Shown in pieces: positions 47,828-57,838 of a DNA stretch of 64,000 bases. The stretch's first letter is position 1; each line of letters begins with the position of its first letter. Position numbers and translations under genes: made by a program. Under the pieces are notes generated by a model. That model was not told the origin of the DNA. It was given only the letters and a program-made list of their open reading frames with translations, and did no database searches. Source of the DNA: an uncultured Alphaproteobacteria bacterium (GTDB taxonomy: Bacteria > Pseudomonadota > Alphaproteobacteria > RF32 > CAG-239); NCBI GenBank assembly GCA_944390355.1, contig CALXPT010000002.1:134564-198563 (forward strand). Direction: 5' to 3'.

Positions 47828-48778
47828 TTATTCTAAAGAATTAAGCGGGTTAACGACGCGGCGAACACCATCAAGAGCCAAGAAATCGCCTTTCATTTTT
47901 TCCAACGCGGAAAGATTAGGAAGTTGAGGAGAAATTTTGCAGCGAAGATACCGAACAAAAGCCGACGAAAACCAAGGAAATTTGCGCGTTTTGCGAATCA
48001 TCTTCCAATAGGCTGAAACCGCTTTGCCATACATTAATTTTTGAGCATTTTCGGGCAGAGAAGGATTATCCGTCAAAACGTAATAATAAGCCAGAAAACG
48101 GTCATGGTCAAGTTGCAGCTTATTTCCGGAAAAATTTCCGATTTCTCTGGGAACGAGTACGACATTTGCATCAATTTTAATGACACCGTCGGCATGAATG
48201 GCAGCCCGAATGGGAATAGATTCGTCTTGAATAAAGACGCGCTCATCGGCACCTTTGGCTTTTTTCAAAACGTCGGTTTTAATAATCTGTCCCATTCGTG
48301 TAAAACGACCACGAAGAACACCGAGTAACGCATTTTTTTGATAAGTGTAACCAAAATCTTCAAGAGTCTCATCTTCAAGTTCTTGGGGAAACTTTCCTGT
48401 TTTCTGGAAACATCCATAAACCATATCAGCGTTTAACTCTTGCGCTAAATCGAGCATTTTTCGAGTAGAATCAATCGGAAATATATCATCGGAATCAAGC
48501 ATACGAACATATTTTCCATGCGCAAGAGATATACCTTGATTAGTTCTTGGACTAATTCCTCGATTATCTTTATTTTCGACAATAATAACGTTTGGAACAC
48601 CTTTGGTATATTTTTTGATAATTTCAACCGATTTATCGGTAGATAAATCATCAATAAAAATGAACTCGGGATTCTCCAATCCTGTTTGCCCGAGCAGAGA
48701 CTTAAGAACCGACGGCAAATAATATTCTTTATTATAGACCGTCATAACAAAACTGACATCAATAGGCTTTTCAGACAT
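47828..48778 (-). CDS. GT2 glycosyltransferase
   Basis: VSFVMTVYNKE, IDDLSTD, LDSDD. Confidence 0.9.
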   Translation of the reverse strand: MSEKPIDVSFVMTVYNKEYYLPSVLKSLLGQTGLENPEFIFIDDLSTDKSVEIIKKYTKGVPNVIIVENKDNRGISPRTNQGISLAHGKYVRMLDSDDIFPIDSTRKMLDLAQELNADMVYGCFQKTGKFPQELEDETLEDFGYTYQKNALLGVLRGRFTRMGQIIKTDVLKKAKGADERVFIQDESIPIRAAIHADGVIKIDANVVLVPREIGNFSGNKLQLDHDRFLAYYYVLTDNPSLPENAQKLMYGKAVSAYWKMIRKTRKFPWFSSAFVRYLRCKISPQLPNLSALEKMKGDFLALDGVRRVVNPLNSLE

Positions 48779-48789
48779 TACGCACCTTC

Positions 48790-49782
48790 TTATTGTAACA
48801 AATCAGGAAGATCCAAATCATCCGTAGAATTTTCAAAAAGAGCCGCCTCATCGGAAACATCCTCCGAATGAACCTCTGCCTCATTCTTATCTTCGACATC
48901 CGTTGAAACATTGTCTGAAACGACAGAAACGGATTCGCCGAGAGACTCATTATCTGCTTGATAAGGGACATATTCGGTGTTTTCCGGAGCATTACCGGCA
49001 GGAGTATCAAGAGAAGGCTCAAAGATGAGCGTTTCGGGCTTACCGTCATTATTTTCATCTTCATCACTTTCTTGAGTGAAAAATACCTTAAGTTTTTCAT
49101 CTTCGGAAACAGCAGGCTCAACGGATACCGCCTCAGACTTTTCAACTGTTTGTTTTTTCTCTTGATTTTCAGAAGCATTTTCTTCGGCAGAAGAAGTCAT
49201 TTCATCGCTGGTCTGAATTTTTTCATCCAAAGGTTGGGAATTATCCTCTTGTAAAGCGGCTGGCATCGGAGAAATTTCAACATCCAACACATCTTCAATA
49301 CCGCCTTTGGCTGCATCATCGCCATCAGAGGCGGTTTCTTGCTGTTTCATGGGAATTTCATCACGTTTAAGCAATTCATCATCACTTAACAGCTTATTTT
49401 TGTCGACCTCGGTATCCACGCATTGCAAAAGCCACACATCATAAATCGGGTGAGCAACGGCATTCAGGGCAGGGCTTGAAGAGACCATCCAACCTTTAAA
49501 GATATTAAGCAAACTACCGTCTTCATGCTTATCGACCACATCAACAAAAGCAAAATTATCGGGAGTTTCTTCGGGCGGGCGCGTTTTGCAACTACGCACG
49601 ACAATAGAAAAGCTGCCAAATTCCACTTCACCGTTAACCGGCACATCAATAACACTGACTCTGCCGGTTAGTTTATTCATGGCTTGGAGCTTAGCGGTAT
49701 TTTTATCAATCTCTTTAGCATCAAGAGGTTGACTTACAAGAACCGCACCAAGCAGAGCAATTTTGAAAAAATTATTATTCAT
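48790..49782 (-). CDS. DUF2155 protein with a long acidic tail
   Basis: LQAMNKLTGR, FKGWMVSSSPALNAVAHPIYDVWLLQC. Confidence 0.85.
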   Translation of the reverse strand: MNNNFFKIALLGAVLVSQPLDAKEIDKNTAKLQAMNKLTGRVSVIDVPVNGEVEFGSFSIVVRSCKTRPPEETPDNFAFVDVVDKHEDGSLLNIFKGWMVSSSPALNAVAHPIYDVWLLQCVDTEVDKNKLLSDDELLKRDEIPMKQQETASDGDDAAKGGIEDVLDVEISPMPAALQEDNSQPLDEKIQTSDEMTSSAEENASENQEKKQTVEKSEAVSVEPAVSEDEKLKVFFTQESDEDENNDGKPETLIFEPSLDTPAGNAPENTEYVPYQADNESLGESVSVVSDNVSTDVEDKNEAEVHSEDVSDEAALFENSTDDLDLPDLLQ

Positions 49783-50239
49783 CAGACTTACCGCCGTTAT
49801 CCGTAACCATAAAGATAATTTCACCGACCATATCTTCTAAAGTTTTAAAATCCTTAACATATCGAATATTGTCGCCGTTTTTAAGATATTCTTTTTCATG
49901 CCCCGGTTCAATTTTAATAAACTTGTCGCCGATAAGTCCGTCGCCGACAATCACCGCGGTACTGTCAACCGGAAGTTTGACATCTGAACCGATGCTCATG
50001 ACAATATCGGCATCATAAGTCTCATTGTCAAGCTTTTGAGAAATAACCGTGCCGACCTTAATACCGTTAATACGCACATCCGAGCCGACATTAAGTCCGC
50101 CGACTTTAAGGAATTTAGCGTGAACTTCATAGCCTTTAACGACTTGCAGATTTGAAACGTTATAAGCAAAATACAGGAAAAAAGCCGCGACAAACAAGAC
50201 AACGGCGCCCATAATAGTTTCCATAGGTCTTTTATTCAT
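49775..50239 (-). CDS. mlaD: MlaD/MCE-domain protein
   Basis: GGLNVGSDVRINGIKVG, GLIGDKFIKIEPG. Confidence 0.9.
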   Translation of the reverse strand: MNKRPMETIMGAVVLFVAAFFLYFAYNVSNLQVVKGYEVHAKFLKVGGLNVGSDVRINGIKVGTVISQKLDNETYDADIVMSIGSDVKLPVDSTAVIVGDGLIGDKFIKIEPGHEKEYLKNGDNIRYVKDFKTLEDMVGEIIFMVTDNGGKSDE

Positions 50240-50257
50240 GATATCTATCCTTCCGAA

Positions 50258-50773
50258 TTATTTAGATTCTTCTTTTTTTGAGGATTTACCGATAGAAATG
50301 ATTCTGTCAATCAATTCTTCAATAACCATAGCATCTTGAGTGTAAGCAAATTCTCCCCCCGGCTGAATAAAATCGGGCGAGCCCCCTGGTTCGATTTCGA
50401 TATACTTGCTTCCCATGATACCCGCGCTGACAATAGAAGCACTGCTGTCATCGGGAATTTTAACATTATCATCGAGTTCCAAGGTCAAGATAGCCTTAAA
50501 ATCCGCATCAAGCTTAGCATCAACCACCTGACCGATGGTAACGCCGGCCAATCTGACCTTATCACCGACCAACAATCCGTCGGTACGGTTAAAACGGGCA
50601 TTAATTTCATAAGATTGCCCATGATTAACCTCTGCGGTAGATTTTCTGCCATAAACCACGAACAAAGTAATCAAGACGACGACCAAAGCGGCATAGAGTC
50701 CTGTTTTCAATGCATAAGATTCTTCTTTTGAATAAGTTTCCGGCACTTTCATATACTCCTCAATAAAACTCAT
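50258..50773 (-). CDS. mlaD: MlaD/MCE-domain protein (second copy)
   Basis: DGLLVGDKVRLAGVTIG, GIMGSKYIEIEPGG. Confidence 0.88.
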   Translation of the reverse strand: MSFIEEYMKVPETYSKEESYALKTGLYAALVVVLITLFVVYGRKSTAEVNHGQSYEINARFNRTDGLLVGDKVRLAGVTIGQVVDAKLDADFKAILTLELDDNVKIPDDSSASIVSAGIMGSKYIEIEPGGSPDFIQPGGEFAYTQDAMVIEELIDRIISIGKSSKKEESK

Positions 50774-50902
50774 CTTTATATATTGATAGAATAAAATAAC
50801 CGATTTGTCATCAATCTTTTTAATAAAATAAAATAGTTGTTAAAATTTAAAAAAAATCCGCTAGAATAACAAAGAGGAAAGAAACGATTCAAAGGAAAAA
50901 AA

Positions 50903-51631
50903 ATGATAACGGTCAAAGGCTTATGCAAGAATTTTGAACATATTGAGGCCTTAAAAGATATAAACTTTACCATAAGTCGAGGGGAGATAGTCGCCCTTTT
51001 AGGGCCGAACGGAGCGGGAAAAACGACCCTGATTCGCCTATTAACCGGACTTTTATCCCCAAGCGAAGGCGAAATTTTCTACAATGATGAAAAACTATCA
51101 ACCAATAGAGTAGCCGTTCTCTCCCAAATAGGCTACATCCCCGAGAATGCTCCTATATATAAGGATATGAGTACATACGAATTTTTACATTACACGGCAC
51201 AATTAAAAAATCTTTCGGCAGACATCTTTGAAGAGCGATTAAAACAGCTGATAAAATCACTGGAATTGACGGAAGCCATGAACCGACAGATAGGAGAACT
51301 CTCAAAAGGCTTCCGCCACAGAGTAGCGATTGCTGCGGCGGTATTGCACGCCCCCGATATTCTGATATTGGACGAACCGTCGGAAGGTTTGGATCCCAAT
51401 CAAAAATTTGCCCTGCGCAAATTTATTCAAAAATTTGCCGCGAGAGGGCTGGTAATCATTTCCACGCACATTATGGAAGATGTTGAAGCACTTGCCGGCC
51501 GCATAATTTTGTTAAACAACGGACGTATTATTGAAGACACCACACCGTTTAAGTTAAAATACAAAATGCCCGACAAAGATTTGTCCTCAGCATTTCGTCG
51601 TATCACATCATCTCAGCAGGCCCAATCATGA
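50903..51631 (+). CDS. ABC transporter ATP-binding protein (GldA-like)
   Basis: GPNGAGKTT, LSKGFRHR, ILDEPSEGLDP. Confidence 0.93.
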   Translation: MITVKGLCKNFEHIEALKDINFTISRGEIVALLGPNGAGKTTLIRLLTGLLSPSEGEIFYNDEKLSTNRVAVLSQIGYIPENAPIYKDMSTYEFLHYTAQLKNLSADIFEERLKQLIKSLELTEAMNRQIGELSKGFRHRVAIAAAVLHAPDILILDEPSEGLDPNQKFALRKFIQKFAARGLVIISTHIMEDVEALAGRIILLNNGRIIEDTTPFKLKYKMPDKDLSSAFRRITSSQQAQS

Positions 51632-52317
51632 AACAACAACTGACAGCCGTTTTCACCAAAGAGTTTTTTGCATATTTCAGCAATTTCACCGCATATTTTA
51701 TCATTATAATTTATGCGGGACTAACACTGATAACCACATTTTATTTCGGCCGATTTTTTAACATGGATAACGCCGGATTAACATCGTTTTTCAGTTATCA
51801 ACCCGAAATTTTATCAATAATAATCCCCGGAATATGTATGCACCTGTGGTCGGATGAATATCGTTTGGGAACAATAGAATTTTTGCTGACGCAGCCGGTA
51901 GAATATAAAGTTTTAATATTAGGAAAATATTTTGCATCTTGCACCTTTGTTTTGTTGTTGGCATTATCAACCGTATTTCTGCCGTTAATAACATCATTCT
52001 ATGGCTCATTAAATATTTCAACCGTTATAAGCGGCTATATAGGTTTAATTTTTGTAATAATGAGCTTTTGCGCCTTGAGTAATTTAATCTCAATGCTAAG
52101 CACGCGTCCGGTTATAAGCTTTTTAGCTGCCTTCATCCTCATTCGTTTACTGATGATGCTTAATTTAGAAGGCTGGCAAGATTACGGATTTACGCAAAAT
52201 TATTACAATATAATAAGCGGCAGATTGGCCTTATCATCAATAATGTATTTTATCTTAATGACGCTGTTGTCATTATGGGCAGAACAAGCAGTCATATCAA
52301 ACAAAAAAACACTCTAG
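51628..52317 (+). CDS. ABC-2 permease (GldF-like)
   Basis: KEFFAYF, WSDEYRLGTIEFLLTQP, LGKY. Confidence 0.88.
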   Translation: MKQQLTAVFTKEFFAYFSNFTAYFIIIIYAGLTLITTFYFGRFFNMDNAGLTSFFSYQPEILSIIIPGICMHLWSDEYRLGTIEFLLTQPVEYKVLILGKYFASCTFVLLLALSTVFLPLITSFYGSLNISTVISGYIGLIFVIMSFCALSNLISMLSTRPVISFLAAFILIRLLMMLNLEGWQDYGFTQNYYNIISGRLALSSIMYFILMTLLSLWAEQAVISNKKTL

Positions 52318-52326
52318 GAGAAAACC

Positions 52327-54168
52327 ATGAAAAGAAAAATCCGACTTTTGCTTTTTTTTCTGTTTATCACAAGTGCTTTTTTGTTGTTAAATTATTCCAT
52401 AACGACACTTTGGGGTGAGACTTATGTCGATATGAGCGGCAACCAAAGTCATACGTTGTCAGAAGCAAGCAAACAAATTCTCAATGACTTGAAAATCAAA
52501 CAAACGATAAGACTGTATATATCGCCGCAAATAGCAAAAGACTATCCGCAAACGAGCCAATACAGCCGTTACGTGGCAGACTTGCTCAAACGCTACGCCA
52601 AACAATCCGGAGACAAACTGAGTTTTGAGCAAATAGAAATAGAACCGTATTCCAAAGAAGAAGATGACGCCAAAGCATATGGGCTAAAAACATTTTTAAG
52701 CCGCGACGGCAAAATAAATCTCTATTTCGGAGCCGTAATATTTAATGAAAACGGCGAAGAACGGGTTATTCCAAACTTTGTAGAATTGCGGCGTCCTTAT
52801 CTTGAAAATGATATATCCGAAATCATCTACCGCTTATCAAAAGGCTCCTCAAAAAATACAATCGGTTTAATCGCGCCGGAATGGAATCTCTATTATACCG
52901 CAAACGGTTTTTTGGATGGCAATAAAAACCTCAACATACTAAACAAACTCTCCGAAAATTATAACATTCAGGTTATTTCGGAATATGCCCTTCAAATCGG
53001 ATTGAACATAAACACCTTAATTTTGGTTAATCCCTCGCATGACTTGCCAAATGTCAGCAGGTACGCTTTAGACCAGTTTGTTTTAAGAGGCGGCAATCTG
53101 ATTATATTAACGGATGCGGTTGATGAAAGAACGCATTTGCTCAATAATGATAAAAAAATCAACCAATTACTCAAAAATTGGGGCATAACGTTTTCTTCAG
53201 AAATCACAATCGGCAATTTGAATGCGGCAGAAAGTATTTTACTTAACGGCAAGCAGATAAAATACCCGACATGGCTCGCCGTTAAAGAAGATGCCTTCAA
53301 CCAAGAATCCCCCTTAACCAGAAATCTCAAAACCCTGATATTTCGCTCACCAGCAGGAATTAAAATCAACGAAAAACAGCGAGAAGGCGTAAAGGTAACT
53401 CCCTTGGTAACTTTGCAAAAATACAACACGGAAATAGACAGCCGCTTTATTGCCAAAGATTACAAACATTTAGTCCCGCAAGAGAGCACCATCACATCAG
53501 CCCTTTACCATCTGGCAGTAATGATAGAAGGTACTTTCTACTCAAACTACACCCAAAACATCATTCAAGATGAAAAAGCCAAACAGCAAATGCTGCCGTT
53601 TTTAATCAAATCGGTAAAAGAAGGAAAAATATTCGTAATTTCAGATATCGACTTTGTATATGATGAAAATTACGCCGATAATTCATTTAAGGAAGATAAC
53701 CCGATTTACGGGGTTATCCCATGGGCAAATAACGGAGATTTTTTCCTAAAACTGGTAGAATACGCCAACCAAAACGAAGTATTAACACGGTTTACGCCAA
53801 AATCAATATTGCCGCAAACCGGTTTGGAAGAAGATTTCAAGAAACAGGCAGAGCAGAATTTTACACTCAATTTGCAAACGGAACAACAAAAACTCGATTC
53901 GTTACAAGGTAGGAAAAACAGCATCAATCTGCAAACCAATGCTTTGGGCAATGTCAAAGAATATAATGAACTCGAAACCCAAATTTCGGAACAAGAAAAA
54001 AAGATTCGCCATATAGAGTATCAAATAGATAAACAATATAGAGCCAAAATCAACAACTTCATATTGTGGAATTTGCTGGCAATTCTGGGTGTTTTGACTT
54101 TGATTATCGTTATGTGCCGTCATCAAATCAAAAAACGTCGTTTTTACAAAAGCTCGGAGAAAGAATAA
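52327..54168 (+). CDS. GldG-like ABC accessory protein
   Basis: DMS...TLSEASK, LDQFVLRGGNLI, NGDFF; N- and C-terminal transmembrane segments. Confidence 0.85.
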   Translation: MKRKIRLLLFFLFITSAFLLLNYSITTLWGETYVDMSGNQSHTLSEASKQILNDLKIKQTIRLYISPQIAKDYPQTSQYSRYVADLLKRYAKQSGDKLSFEQIEIEPYSKEEDDAKAYGLKTFLSRDGKINLYFGAVIFNENGEERVIPNFVELRRPYLENDISEIIYRLSKGSSKNTIGLIAPEWNLYYTANGFLDGNKNLNILNKLSENYNIQVISEYALQIGLNINTLILVNPSHDLPNVSRYALDQFVLRGGNLIILTDAVDERTHLLNNDKKINQLLKNWGITFSSEITIGNLNAAESILLNGKQIKYPTWLAVKEDAFNQESPLTRNLKTLIFRSPAGIKINEKQREGVKVTPLVTLQKYNTEIDSRFIAKDYKHLVPQESTITSALYHLAVMIEGTFYSNYTQNIIQDEKAKQQMLPFLIKSVKEGKIFVISDIDFVYDENYADNSFKEDNPIYGVIPWANNGDFFLKLVEYANQNEVLTRFTPKSILPQTGLEEDFKKQAEQNFTLNLQTEQQKLDSLQGRKNSINLQTNALGNVKEYNELETQISEQEKKIRHIEYQIDKQYRAKINNFILWNLLAILGVLTLIIVMCRHQIKKRRFYKSSEKE

Positions 54169-55098
54169 ATGTCGTCCCATTATACTAAACAAGCGTTTAT
54201 ATTATTCATAATTTCATTATTATTCGCCGGATTTATTTGGTTATTTAACGCAAACACGTCCGAAAACGTGCTTGGAAATCGAGTATTTGAAAATGCCGAC
54301 AATAACATATCATCAATTATCTTTGAATCTGAAAGACTAAGTGTTACACTCGATAAAAGTGATAACATGTGGCGGATACGACAGGCAGATTCATACTTTG
54401 CCAACCACGCTTTGGCAAATGCGTTAGTCAAGTTTATTAATTACGCCAAAATCTACCGCCGTGTTGAAATGACGGAAGAAGAAATAAAAAAATACTTCTC
54501 CGACAACATAACAATAAAAATAGCCGACATGAATAATCAACCGTTGGGAAAAATCATTCTGAGCAGCCGCAAAGATACCCCGAAAACCGCCTACGCCCAA
54601 ATTGAGGGGAAAGAAGGCATATTCAAAATAGAAGAAGATATAGTATTTCCGACGCAGTTTATGTTTTGGCTCCAGCAACCGTTGCTAAACCTCTATCCAG
54701 CGGCAATCAAATCGCTCCGCATAGATGATGAGACGGTAACGCGTCAAAGGGGCTCAAAATATTTTTATCGGGAAGACAAATCGCCGTATTCCTTATCGGG
54801 TATAGAAAAAACATTGAATAATCTGGAATTTGAAACAGTAATCTCAGCCCAAAATTTTGATGAAGCGTTATATCCTTTGGTCAAAAAATATACCATCACC
54901 ACGTTTGACGGTATGGAAATTGAGTTAAATTTATTCAGAAAAGAGCAAGAAATATGGGTACAACAAAAAATTTCACAAACAACACTTTCAACCCCCGCTA
55001 TTAGTGATTATATAAAACGTAACGACTTTTTATATAAATATTGGTACTTCAAACTATCGCCTACAACCGGTAATATTTTGATGCAAGAGAAGATATAG
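54169..55098 (+). CDS. DUF4340-like protein
   Basis: N-terminal transmembrane segment, TFDG; usual position after a GldG-like gene. Confidence 0.7.
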   Translation: MSSHYTKQAFILFIISLLFAGFIWLFNANTSENVLGNRVFENADNNISSIIFESERLSVTLDKSDNMWRIRQADSYFANHALANALVKFINYAKIYRRVEMTEEEIKKYFSDNITIKIADMNNQPLGKIILSSRKDTPKTAYAQIEGKEGIFKIEEDIVFPTQFMFWLQQPLLNLYPAAIKSLRIDDETVTRQRGSKYFYREDKSPYSLSGIEKTLNNLEFETVISAQNFDEALYPLVKKYTITTFDGMEIELNLFRKEQEIWVQQKISQTTLSTPAISDYIKRNDFLYKYWYFKLSPTTGNILMQEKI

Positions 55099-55821
55099 AT
55101 GACAGAAATACAACAACGCTACAAAAGACTGTTAAAAGAACTGAGAAAATGTGAAAAATTAAATAATTCAAAATCCTACTTTTTGGCTCAAGCCGTACAT
55201 GATTTGAGACAGCCAATTCAGGCCTTAATACTTTTTGCGGAAGTTCTTAAGGACACGCCCTTAAATGAGGAACAAAAAAATTTGGCCGAAAAAATCCATA
55301 ATTCAACCATAGAAATCAAAGAGCTTCTAACCAATTATCTGGATTTGTCCAAATTAAACGAGGGCGGTGTTATCTATGAGCCGCGCCACTTTAAATTAAA
55401 ACCCTTAACCGACAAACTGGCAGATAACTACACAATAATATGCAAAGATAAAAATAAACACTTCAACTATCAAACCTGCAATGCCGACATATTTTCCGAT
55501 CCGATATTGGTAGAGAGAATATTGCAAAATCTGTTGAGCAATGCCGTAAAATATGGCAAAGATAACATCAGTCTGAGATGTGAAAATCATAACGGAAAAA
55601 TATCGTTTGAAATAAAAGATGACGGCAAAGGTATAGATGCCAAAGACCTGCCGCATATTTTTGATGAATACTACCAAAGCCGCAAAGATGAACATAACCG
55701 CAAACACGGAGCTGGACTTGGACTATTCATCACCCAAAAGATAGCGGACAAACTCGGCACCAAAATAAACGTAACCACCAAGAAGAATAAGGGAACGACC
55801 TTTAGCTTTAATCTGGGGTAG
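55099..55821 (+). CDS. Histidine kinase with no sensor domain (HisKA + HATPase)
   Basis: HDLRQP H-box, NLLSNAVKY, DDGKGI, GAGLGL, GTTF. Confidence 0.9.
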   Translation: MTEIQQRYKRLLKELRKCEKLNNSKSYFLAQAVHDLRQPIQALILFAEVLKDTPLNEEQKNLAEKIHNSTIEIKELLTNYLDLSKLNEGGVIYEPRHFKLKPLTDKLADNYTIICKDKNKHFNYQTCNADIFSDPILVERILQNLLSNAVKYGKDNISLRCENHNGKISFEIKDDGKGIDAKDLPHIFDEYYQSRKDEHNRKHGAGLGLFITQKIADKLGTKINVTTKKNKGTTFSFNLG

Positions 55822-56359
55822 AGTGCTTATTTTGAATCAAAACATTCATATAATCATAATGTTTTCTGGTCAAGTCCAAACGGCAACGCTCGGTATTATA
55901 GAGATTTGACCCCAAATACCCGTCGAGAGAATACGCATATAAAGAGCAGTAATCCTCACGATAAGTAACCCAAGTGTTGTGAAGATCGTCCAACTTTCCG
56001 CGAAATTTAGTTCCACCGTTGTTCCAACCGGAAAATTCAGGATCATTTAAAATATTATCATAAACAATATCAATCAGTTGGTCTAATCTGGAAGTTTCCT
56101 GAGACATACATTTAGCAATCTCGTCTTCACCGACGACGGAAGCTCTTTTACGGCATTTTTCAAAATCAAAATCCTCTTTGATTTTGGGAGATTTTGCAGA
56201 CGTAACCGGAGCAGTAGAAACATCGGAACGCACAAAAGAAGAACGAACGGCAGAATTGCTCACAGGTTGAAAATCGGCACCACCGAGTTGCTGAGCCGAA
56301 ACGGCGAAAGGATTCCCCCACGCCAACAAACCACAAAACAAAAGTTTTTCAAGTTTCAT
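55808..56359 (-). CDS. LprI/DUF1311-like secreted protein
   Basis: Signal peptide; C...C pair, WVTYREDYC, CRLDLT. Confidence 0.7.
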   Translation of the reverse strand: MKLEKLLFCGLLAWGNPFAVSAQQLGGADFQPVSNSAVRSSFVRSDVSTAPVTSAKSPKIKEDFDFEKCRKRASVVGEDEIAKCMSQETSRLDQLIDIVYDNILNDPEFSGWNNGGTKFRGKLDDLHNTWVTYREDYCSLYAYSLDGYLGSNLYNTERCRLDLTRKHYDYMNVLIQNKHSTPD

Positions 56360-56370
56360 AAACAGCCCCT

Positions 56371-56796
56371 CTAATAACCATTTTCATTGTAGGATGAGAC
56401 AACTTGATCAATATCCGAGACTAACCTTTTAGTCATGTCAACCGAACACTTTGTCTCGCTAATTCTGGAAATAGAGCCTTGCCCTTGGGAATAAGTATAC
56501 CCGATTAAAGAGCAATATTGGTCGCGAAAAAGAACCCACTTATCCAAAAAATCTTTAAAATTCTGACTGGTAGATTGTTTAGGATTATCCCAGTTTTTAA
56601 AATAAGGATTAGCAGCTAAAGTTGCGAGCTTAGAATTAGCCGTACGCAACAAACGAGTAGCCTCATCCACATTACAAGCAGCAATATCATAATCATTCCG
56701 AGCAGAGCTCAAACAAACATCATATTCGGCCGCCTTTGAATTTAATGAATACAAACAAATAACAGAGACCAAAGAAAAGAGCAGAGCATTTTTCAT
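56371..56796 (-). CDS. LprI/DUF1311-like secreted protein (paralog)
   Basis: Signal peptide; CLSSA...AAC, WVLFRDQYC, CSVDMTKR. Confidence 0.7.
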   Translation of the reverse strand: MKNALLFSLVSVICLYSLNSKAAEYDVCLSSARNDYDIAACNVDEATRLLRTANSKLATLAANPYFKNWDNPKQSTSQNFKDFLDKWVLFRDQYCSLIGYTYSQGQGSISRISETKCSVDMTKRLVSDIDQVVSSYNENGY

Positions 56797-56928
56797 TTTT
56801 ATTCTCCCGACAATAACCATATAAAAGAGATAAAATAAATTACTTAAAATTCAATTAAAAGGACAAAAATAATTATTTATTAAGAATTAAATGATACGAT
56901 AAAAATAACATCAACAGGGAACAAAAAA

Positions 56929-57246
56929 ATGTTAAAACGCATATTTTTATTTTTAGCAATAATTATGCTGGCTTCATGTGTAAAAGTGCACTACAAAAGA
57001 ACTCCTTACAATTCGTACATTGGAATGAATGAGAGCGAACTTGTTGCACGTCTTGGTCCACCGGATAATATCTATAAAAACTGCAAAGAAAAGTTTTTAA
57101 CCTATTACAAAACGTCTTATGCCAGACAAGGCTATATGAATGGCTTTTGCAAATTAACCTTTATTTTTTATAAAGACCAAATTGATACTTGGAAATATGA
57201 TGGCAATTTGTGTAATGATTTTGCAGATACAATTGGGTTGCAGTAA
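56929..57246 (+). CDS. Small lipoprotein
   Basis: Lipobox LASC; IGMNESELVARLGPP; terminator hairpin at ~57262-57299. Confidence 0.75.
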   Translation: MLKRIFLFLAIIMLASCVKVHYKRTPYNSYIGMNESELVARLGPPDNIYKNCKEKFLTYYKTSYARQGYMNGFCKLTFIFYKDQIDTWKYDGNLCNDFADTIGLQ

Positions 57247-57305
57247 GGTTAAACCCAAAATAAAAAGACTTTCAAAAAAAATAATGAAAGTCTTTTTTTA
57301 TATCC

Positions 57306-57387
57306 TTAAAAGACGAATGACCGCAGCGAGTTAGGCTTTGATAAAAAAGCCTTACGAGCCAGAGCGAACCCCTTGGGGTGAGAACCC
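57306..57387. repeat. 82-bp direct repeat, copy 1
   Basis: Identical to 57541-57622. Confidence 0.95.
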
Positions 57388-57432
57388 CCGAAGCAAAAAA
57401 AATCCCTCAAATTAAGAAACCTGAGGGGAAAC

Positions 57433-57448
57433 TGGTAGGCGCGTGGGG
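57433..57448 (-). repeat. Duplicated 16-bp tRNA-Lys 3' end (att-like)
   Basis: TGGTAGGCGCGTGGGG is identical to 57670-57685 and includes the CCA end. Confidence 0.9.
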
Positions 57449-57540
57449 CTGGAGAAAGAAAATTTCTCCTGAGGAGGAATTTTCGACGACAGGTGAAGTC
57501 TTGTTAGCTTGCGAGGGAGCGACAGCGACCACAGCAAGCG

Positions 57541-57622
57541 TTAAAAGACGAATGACCGCAGCGAGTTAGGCTTTGATAAAAAAGCCTTACGAGCCAGAGC
57601 GAACCCCTTGGGGTGAGAACCC
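57541..57622. repeat. 82-bp direct repeat, copy 2
   Basis: Identical to 57306-57387, at a spacing of 235 bp. Confidence 0.95.
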
Positions 57623-57669
57623 TCAAAACAAAAAAAAACCTCAAAGGAAACAACCCTTGAGGGAAAAAA

Positions 57670-57745
57670 TGGTAGGCGCGTGGGGGTTCGAACCCCAGAC
57701 CCACTGATTAAGAGTCAGTTGCTCTACCAACTGAGCTACGCACCC
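57670..57745 (-). tRNA. tRNA-Lys (anticodon CTT)
   Basis: GGGTGCGTAGCTCAGTTGGTAGAGCAACTGACTCTTAATCAGTGGGTCTGGGGTTCGAACCCCCACGCGCCTACCA. Confidence 0.97.
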
Positions 57746-57838
57746 AAGAAAAAGTACGCTGCCTTAACCGACAACACAGGCACTATAAAACACGATAAAA
57801 TAATTTGCAACATAAATTTTGCAATTTATGTAATTTTT

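Noticed and set aside
40000-56000. Possible GC-skew switch or replication terminus
   Set aside because: Plus-strand genes look more C-rich after about 45 kb, but my spot counts were inconsistent and I found no dif-like site. A cumulative skew calculation is needed.
57306-57622. CRISPR array
   Set aside because: There are only two copies, the repeat is 82 bp, and no cas genes are present.
57378-57704. ORFs 57378..57569 and 57504..57704
   Set aside because: They overlap the tRNA and the repeat unit, so they are probably spurious.
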